DNA of 21,387 bases, from contig JBBIJD010000011.1 in NCBI GenBank assembly GCA_037446135.1, forward strand, positions 1 to 21,387, read 5' to 3'. Of the stretch, positions 16,767-21,387 are shown piece after piece (the stretch's first letter is position 1; the number at the start of each line of letters is the position of its first letter). This stretch comes from Candidatus Fraserbacteria bacterium. GTDB taxonomy: Bacteria; Bipolaricaulota; Bipolaricaulia; RBG-16-55-9; JANLFV01. A program made the translations under genes and the position numbers. The notes below the pieces were generated by a model. The model was not told the DNA's origin and did no database searches. It saw only the letters and a list, made by a program, of their open reading frames with translations.

Positions 16767-17084
16767 ATGCCTTGGTTGGTCGGTTATCCGCGGGAGAAGG
16801 TAAATTGGCACCCGATCATCGACTACGGTAAGTGCACCGCCTGCGGGGTCTGCTTGAGCTGCGGGAATAGGGTCTTCCGCTGGAGGGATGGCCGGCCGGA
16901 GGTGGCCGAGCCCCTCCGCTGCGTCATCGGCTGCACCACCTGTGCCAACTTGTGCCCTGAGTGGGCCATCTCCTTCCCTGACATCGCAGAGGTCCGGAGG
17001 ATCTACAAGGAGAACGACATCTGGGGGAAGATCGGGAGGGTATTGGAGGAGAGGGGGATAGTAACTAGCTTCCGCAGAATGTAA
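16767..17084 (+). CDS. 4Fe-4S ferredoxin family protein
   Basis: W.P.ID..KCTACGVCLSC and CVIGCTTCANLCP..AISFP. SD AAGGAG precedes ATG 16767. Confidence 0.88.
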   Translation: MPWLVGYPREKVNWHPIIDYGKCTACGVCLSCGNRVFRWRDGRPEVAEPLRCVIGCTTCANLCPEWAISFPDIAEVRRIYKENDIWGKIGRVLEERGIVTSFRRM

Positions 17085-17094
17085 ATGAGGGCCC

Positions 17095-17145
17095 TTTAAA
17101 TGTTGTTATGCTAAGGGTAGAATGGACAAGGGCGTTGTTCACAAC
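17095..17145 (+). promoter_or_regulatory. Putative internal promoter and operator for the TA pair
   Basis: TTTAAA (17095-17100)-17 nt-TAGAAT (17118-17123), then the palindrome GTTGT-tc-ACAAC (17134-17145), in an AT-rich patch. Confidence 0.5.
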
Positions 17146-17149
17146 CTAA

Positions 17150-17389
17150 ATGAAGACGACCCGTTACTTCGAGGAGCAGGTCTTGCGCAAGCGGCCGTAT
17201 ATCAAGCGCGAGTGGTGTGAGCAAGCCCTGAGCCGGCCGGTCCGCCGTGAGGTCCAGCCCGATGGACGGGTCCGTCATTGGATCTTTATCCCAGAACTGG
17301 GGAAGTATCTGCGCGTGGTGACTTTGGAGGACGGTGAGACGGTGCACAATGCCTTTCCCGATAGGGAATTCAAGGAGGTGGAACCGTGA
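17150..17389 (+). CDS. Putative toxin (DUF4258/RelE-like small basic protein)
   Basis: 79 aa with QPDGRVRHW....ELGKYLRVVTLEDGETVHNAFPDR; GTGA overlap with the DUF2283 gene, the usual partner arrangement. Confidence 0.7.
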   Translation: MKTTRYFEEQVLRKRPYIKREWCEQALSRPVRREVQPDGRVRHWIFIPELGKYLRVVTLEDGETVHNAFPDREFKEVEP

Positions 17390-17607
17390 AACTCCATTAT
17401 TATCCTGAGACCGATTCGCTCTATATCGAGCTCTCGGAAAAGGCCGGCAGCGACTCGCGGGAGGTCGCCCCTGGGGTGGTGCTCGACTTCGATTCTGAAG
17501 GCCACTTAGTCGGTATCGATATCGACCATGCCAGCCAGATCATCGACCTATCGCGCCTGGAGGCCGAGGCATTACCGGTTGCCAGCCTCTCATTAACGAG
17601 GTCGTAG
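17386..17607 (+). CDS. DUF2283 domain protein (putative antitoxin)
   Basis: MKL.YYPETDSLYIEL.....DSREVAPGVVLDFD.EG.LVGIDI..AS. Confidence 0.88.
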   Translation: MKLHYYPETDSLYIELSEKAGSDSREVAPGVVLDFDSEGHLVGIDIDHASQIIDLSRLEAEALPVASLSLTRS

Positions 17608-17643
17608 AGGAGCTATTCTCAGCCACCGGTGGAGGGGAGATAG

Positions 17644-18195
17644 ATGCTACTCAAGGGCTTTCAGCGGATCGAGACCTTCTTCCCCCCATGCCATCCCGGG
17701 GAGATCGAGACCGTCACCGCCATGGCCGAGCTATCTGACGACATCAGCCCGGCCTTCCCTTATCTCAATGCCGTCCTCAAAGGGACGATCTACGACCAGG
17801 CCCACCAGACCCTCAACTTCAAGATGGGCGGCCGGGGGGTCACCTTGCACCCGAAGAAGATCATCGTCACCCGTTTGGAGAGCAAGGAGGAGGCCGAGAG
17901 GGTCCTCGAGCGGTTGAAGGATCTGATCAACAGGACCTACGAGCGGCGGGGGGAGATCGAGCCGAGCTATAAGAGCCGGGCCAAGCTCACGGTCATCGAG
18001 ATCTACAAGCTCCTGCCGAAGACGAACTGCAAGGAGTGCGGCGAGCCGACCTGTATGGCCTTCGCCACCAAGCTGGTCAATGAGCAGACCGCGATCGGGC
18101 GCTGCCGGCCGCTCTTCTCCCCAGAGCGGCGGGAGATGAGGGAGCGGCTCCTCGGCCTCCTCGAGGAGGCCGGCTATGCCGTCCCTCAAGACTAA
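17644..18195 (+). CDS. (Fe-S)-binding protein with C-terminal putative Fe-S domain (PF04060-type)
   Basis: PPCHPG, DIS..FPYLNA and C-terminal IYKLLPKTNCKECGEPTCMAFA.KL......CRPL. Confidence 0.85.
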   Translation: MLLKGFQRIETFFPPCHPGEIETVTAMAELSDDISPAFPYLNAVLKGTIYDQAHQTLNFKMGGRGVTLHPKKIIVTRLESKEEAERVLERLKDLINRTYERRGEIEPSYKSRAKLTVIEIYKLLPKTNCKECGEPTCMAFATKLVNEQTAIGRCRPLFSPERREMRERLLGLLEEAGYAVPQD

Positions 18196-18212
18196 GGAGG
18201 TGTTCAAGTGAG

Positions 18213-18518
18213 ATGGAATCGCTGATCTCTCAGCAGAAGCCGGAGTTGTGGCGGGCCTATAGTGGGTTTGCCGCCGAGGCAATGCGAGACGGGGCGCTCC
18301 CAGCTAAGTTCAAGGAGTTGGTCGCCATCGCCCTCTCCATCGCCGGCCACTGCGAGCCCTGCATCCGGGTCCACCTCCAGCGGGCGCTCAAGCTGGGCGC
18401 GACGGCGGAGGAGCTCGCCGAGCTCTTGGGCGTGACGGTCCTCCTCGTCGGCGGGCCGGCGGATGTCTGGCCGAGAGAGGCAATCTGGGAAGAGTTGAAG
18501 AAAGTCAAGGAGGCGTAA
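18213..18518 (+). CDS. Carboxymuconolactone decarboxylase/AhpD-like protein
   Basis: DGALPAKFKELVAIALSI..HCEPCI..H...A.KLGAT.EEL.E, with a CxxC motif. Confidence 0.88.
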   Translation: MESLISQQKPELWRAYSGFAAEAMRDGALPAKFKELVAIALSIAGHCEPCIRVHLQRALKLGATAEELAELLGVTVLLVGGPADVWPREAIWEELKKVKEA

Positions 18519-18519
18519 G

Positions 18520-18702
18520 ATGGCCGATAAGCAGGGGTGCTCCTGCGGCGATCCCTGGAGGGACCTCCCCCCGGAGCTCCGGCCCAAGCAGAAGAAGGAG
18601 GGCCTACTCCGCAGGGTGAGCTGTCGCGGCTGTGGGAGGCTCTTCTGGACGAACCGGGAGACGGACTACTGCTTCGATTGTGAGAAGCAACGGAGCGGGT
18701 AA
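18520..18702 (+). CDS. Small Cys-rich zinc-ribbon-like protein
   Basis: 60 aa with CSC, CxxC (CRGC) and CxxC (CFDC). SD AAGGAGG upstream; packed tightly between neighbours. Confidence 0.75.
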   Translation: MADKQGCSCGDPWRDLPPELRPKQKKEGLLRRVSCRGCGRLFWTNRETDYCFDCEKQRSG

Positions 18703-18709
18703 GGCGCTC

Positions 18710-19708
18710 ATGCGATCACTCAATGAGTTCATCCGCAGGCACTACTCTTACCTGATCCTCGCTACCGTGGGCCTGAGCATCGTTGTCGGCTGGCTCGCCC
18801 CCGCCGCGGCGCGGGCCTTCAAGCCTTACATGGTCTATCTCATCGGGCTGATGATCTGGGCGATGAGCGTGACGATCCGGTTCCCCGAATTGCGCTTCGC
18901 CTTCAGGAAGGGGAAGCTCATCGGCTGCGGTCTCTTGGCCAACTTCGTCTTCCTCCCCCTCTTGTGCTATCTCTTGGCCATGGCCCTGATGCGCAACCAG
19001 CCGCTCTACGCCACGGGGTTCATCCTGATGGGGACTGTCCCCTGCGCGGGGATGAATGTGGTCTGGACCGGCCTCCTCGGCGGGGATGTGGCCCTCGCCC
19101 TGGTCCTCGGGGCCCTGACAATGCTCCTGGGGATCATCACCATCCCCGGTCTCACCTACATCCTCGCCGGCGCTTATGTCTCGGTAGATGTGCTCGAGAT
19201 GCTCTATACCCTGGTCAAGGTCCTGATCATCCCCATCTTTCTCGGAGTCATCACCCGCTCCCTCTTGGAGAGGAGGAGGAAAGAGGGGACGGCGTTGTTG
19301 CCGATCTTCCCGCCGATCGCGGCCATCTCGGCCATGCTACTGATGTTCATCATGATCGCGCTCAACATCCCGATGATCCCTGCCGCGGGGGGCCTCCTCA
19401 TCTCGCTGATCATCCCCCCGCTGTTGCTCTTCCCTATCGCCTTCGGCGGGGTCTACCTCTGGTGCGATCGGCTCCTCCACTGCCACCGGCGGGAGACCGA
19501 TGCGCTCGTCTACTCCTCGGGGATGAAGCACCTCCCACTGGCGATGGGGATCTCCTTCGTTTCCTTCGGACAGGAGGCAGCCCTCCCGATCGCCGTGGCT
19601 GCGGTCTTCCAGACCTTCAATGCCAGCCTGTTCTACCGGCTCTTCCAGCGGCTCGGCCGGCTGGCGGAGGCTGTAGGGAGAGGGGATAATGAAGAGGAGA
19701 AAGGATGA
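18710..19708 (+). CDS. Acr3/bile-acid:sodium symporter (BART superfamily) transporter
   Basis: About 10 TM segments; LLANFVFLPLL.Y.L, GFILMGTVPCAGMNVVWTGL.GGD..LAL resembles the Acr3 PC..M..VW motif. Confidence 0.8.
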   Translation: MRSLNEFIRRHYSYLILATVGLSIVVGWLAPAAARAFKPYMVYLIGLMIWAMSVTIRFPELRFAFRKGKLIGCGLLANFVFLPLLCYLLAMALMRNQPLYATGFILMGTVPCAGMNVVWTGLLGGDVALALVLGALTMLLGIITIPGLTYILAGAYVSVDVLEMLYTLVKVLIIPIFLGVITRSLLERRRKEGTALLPIFPPIAAISAMLLMFIMIALNIPMIPAAGGLLISLIIPPLLLFPIAFGGVYLWCDRLLHCHRRETDALVYSSGMKHLPLAMGISFVSFGQEAALPIAVAAVFQTFNASLFYRLFQRLGRLAEAVGRGDNEEEKG

Positions 19709-20433
19709 AGATGAAGAAGGCGGGGAGGAGAGGGAAGAGAGAGGCCCTGAGCGCCCGGCTCTTCCGGCTGAGGGCCTCAGTGGTGACGGCCCTAGCCTTA
19801 GTGCTCGGGGGAGCCCTGATCGGGGTGAGTTACTGGCATTCCAGTTCCCGGATCGCCTCTCTCGGCTCACTCCATTCGGATGAGCTCTCCTCGACCGGGA
19901 CGGTGGCCACAGCGGAGCCGACCAAGGGCTCACTCGAGGCCCCGGTGACGATCGAAGAGTTCTCCGAGTTCTACTGCCCCTATTGCGCCAGATTTACCTT
20001 TAATACACTGCCACAGCTCGTGGAGGAGTATGTGAAGAAGGGCTTGGTGAAGGTCGTCTTCCGGAACTTCCCCGTCCACGGCGAGCCCGCTATTCTAGCG
20101 GCCTTAGCGGGGGAGTGCGCCCACGAGCAGGGGCGGTTCTGGGAGTATCATGACCGGCTCTTCGCCGCCGTCTTTAAGGAAAACAGGCAGCTCGATGCCG
20201 CAGCGCTCATCGAGTTAGCGGCGAGCTTGGGGCTGGACGGCCCGGCCTTCCAGGAGTGCCTGACCAGCGAGCGCTACCGCGAGAACCTCGAGGAGGACAT
20301 CGCCGAGGGGAGGCAGCTCGGTGTGCGGGGGACCCCGACCTTCTCCATCAACGGGCGGCTGGTGGTCGGGGCCCAGCCTTATGAGAAGTTCAAGCAGATC
20401 ATCGAGGAGGAGTTGGAAAGGAGCAGGAGATGA
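19705..20433 (+). CDS. DsbA/BdbD-family thiol-disulfide oxidoreductase, membrane-anchored
   Basis: N-terminal TM, G...APVTI.EFSEFYCPYC, FRNFP, AGECA.EQG.FW.YHD.LF and cis-Pro GVRGTPTF.ING. Confidence 0.92.
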   Translation: MKMKKAGRRGKREALSARLFRLRASVVTALALVLGGALIGVSYWHSSSRIASLGSLHSDELSSTGTVATAEPTKGSLEAPVTIEEFSEFYCPYCARFTFNTLPQLVEEYVKKGLVKVVFRNFPVHGEPAILAALAGECAHEQGRFWEYHDRLFAAVFKENRQLDAAALIELAASLGLDGPAFQECLTSERYRENLEEDIAEGRQLGVRGTPTFSINGRLVVGAQPYEKFKQIIEEELERSRR

Positions 20434-20909
20434 GGGGAACCGCCTCCATGCAAGTAGCGATCATCGTGCTGGCAATCTTCGGGCTCGCCGACTCGGCTTA
20501 TCTGCTCTATGAGCACCTCGGCCACGAGATCGTCTGCATCGGTAGAGGCTGCAGCATCGTCGATCAATCGGTCTACTCCGAGGTCTTCGGGGTCCCGATG
20601 TCCGTGATGGGCCTGGTGGGCTATGCCTTTATCCTCGGCTCGGCGCTCGCTGCCCTCCGTTTGAGAGGGCGAGCGCGGGAGTGGGCCAAAACAACCGTCT
20701 ACGGCTTCGCCCTCATCGGGCTCCTCTACTCCGGCTACCTGACTTATCTCGAGCTTTTCGTGATCCGAGCCATCTGCACCTGGTGCGTCGTCTCGGCGGT
20801 GATCGTGGCCGCAATCTTCGCCCTGGCCGCGGTCGAGCTTTGGGGCAGGACTTATCTCCCGTCTACCTCGAGGGCTAGGGCTTCCCGGCCCGCAGAGGCC
20901 GGAAAGTGA
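20430..20909 (+). CDS. Vitamin K epoxide reductase (VKOR) family protein
   Basis: GLADSAYL, loop Cys pair C....C..V..S.YS..FGVP and YL.YLELFVI.AICTWC (CxxC). Confidence 0.9.
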   Translation: MRGTASMQVAIIVLAIFGLADSAYLLYEHLGHEIVCIGRGCSIVDQSVYSEVFGVPMSVMGLVGYAFILGSALAALRLRGRAREWAKTTVYGFALIGLLYSGYLTYLELFVIRAICTWCVVSAVIVAAIFALAAVELWGRTYLPSTSRARASRPAEAGK

Positions 20910-20915
20910 ACGACG

Positions 20916-21387
20916 ATGCTCAAGACTGAGGGCCTCGAACTGGCGCTGGAGGGGCGGCCAATCCTCCAGGGGCTCGACCTGGAGGTCGCTCAGGGCGAGA
21001 TCCATGCACTCCTCGGAGCCAACGGGACAGGAAAATCAACGCTGGCCTACACGATCATGGGCCTCGCGGGCTACCGGCCAAACCGCGGCCGGATCTACTT
21101 CGCTGGCCAGGACATCACCGATAGATCGGTCACCGAGCGGGCCAGGCTCGGGATCACCCTTGCTTGGCAACAGCCGGCGAGCTTCGAGGGGCTGACGATC
21201 AGAGAATACCTCGAGATCGCCCACAGGAATGCGAGCGCCAGCCCCGCGATCGAGGAATGCCTGGAGTTGGTCGGCCTCCCGCCTGCAAATTACCTCCACC
21301 GCACCTTGAACGAGAACCTCTCCGGCGGGGAACGGAAGAGGGTCGAGCTGGCCGCCGTCCTGGCGATGAACCCCAAGCTAGCCATTC
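20916..21387 (+). CDS. sufC: SufC/SmsC-like Fe-S assembly ABC ATPase (partial, runs off window)
   Basis: Not in the ORF track. Hand translation: MLKTEGL...GEIHALLGANGTGKSTLAYTIMG...TERARLGITLAWQQPASFEGL...LSGGERKRVELAAVLAMNPKLAI. Confidence 0.85.
   Translation, partial: MLKTEGLELALEGRPILQGLDLEVAQGEIHALLGANGTGKSTLAYTIMGLAGYRPNRGRIYFAGQDITDRSVTERARLGITLAWQQPASFEGLTIREYLEIAHRNASASPAIEECLELVGLPPANYLHRTLNENLSGGERKRVELAAVLAMNPKLAI

Noticed and set aside
16767..18195. hgcAB mercury-methylation genes (often ArsR-linked)
   Set aside because: There is no NVWCAAGK cap-helix or TM domain in the FeS protein, and the ferredoxin lacks the C-terminal Cys pair of HgcB.
15306..20909. Selenocysteine recoding in the redox proteins
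   Set aside because: All CxxC motifs are encoded as Cys and no in-frame TGA interrupts a conserved domain.
1..21387. CRISPR array or rRNA
   Set aside because: No regularly spaced repeats or rRNA-like sequence were seen; the window is almost fully coding.

Overview
GC-rich bacterial window; the gene style suggests Ca. Bipolaricaulota/Acetothermia, which is a weak inference. Left to right: (1) a frameshifted, 5'-truncated IS5-family transposase remnant abutting a lower-GC three-gene island that encodes a short twin-arginine peptide with a C-x6-C/Asp core, a long PIMT-like methyltransferase and a beta-helix protein (candidate RiPP-like system). (2) A minus-strand block: Rrf2 regulator, an IscR-like operator box, a pstSCAB-like ABC transporter whose binding protein lacks the canonical phosphate-binding Ser/Thr residues, dprA, ndk and a Uma2 nuclease. 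(3) tRNA-Thr(CGT), then a four-subunit 2-oxoacid:ferredoxin oxidoreductase operon (gamma, delta, alpha, beta) and an MBL-fold hydrolase. (4) An NfeD-like fusion gene. (5) An ArsR-led metalloid/redox cluster: ArsP-like permease, small thioredoxin-like protein, ferredoxin, an intercalated toxin-antitoxin pair, an FeS-domain protein, a CMD/AhpD protein, a Zn-ribbon peptide, an Acr3/SBF transporter, DsbA, VKOR and a SufC/SmsC ATPase running off the right edge. All family calls come from reading motifs by eye; no searches were run.
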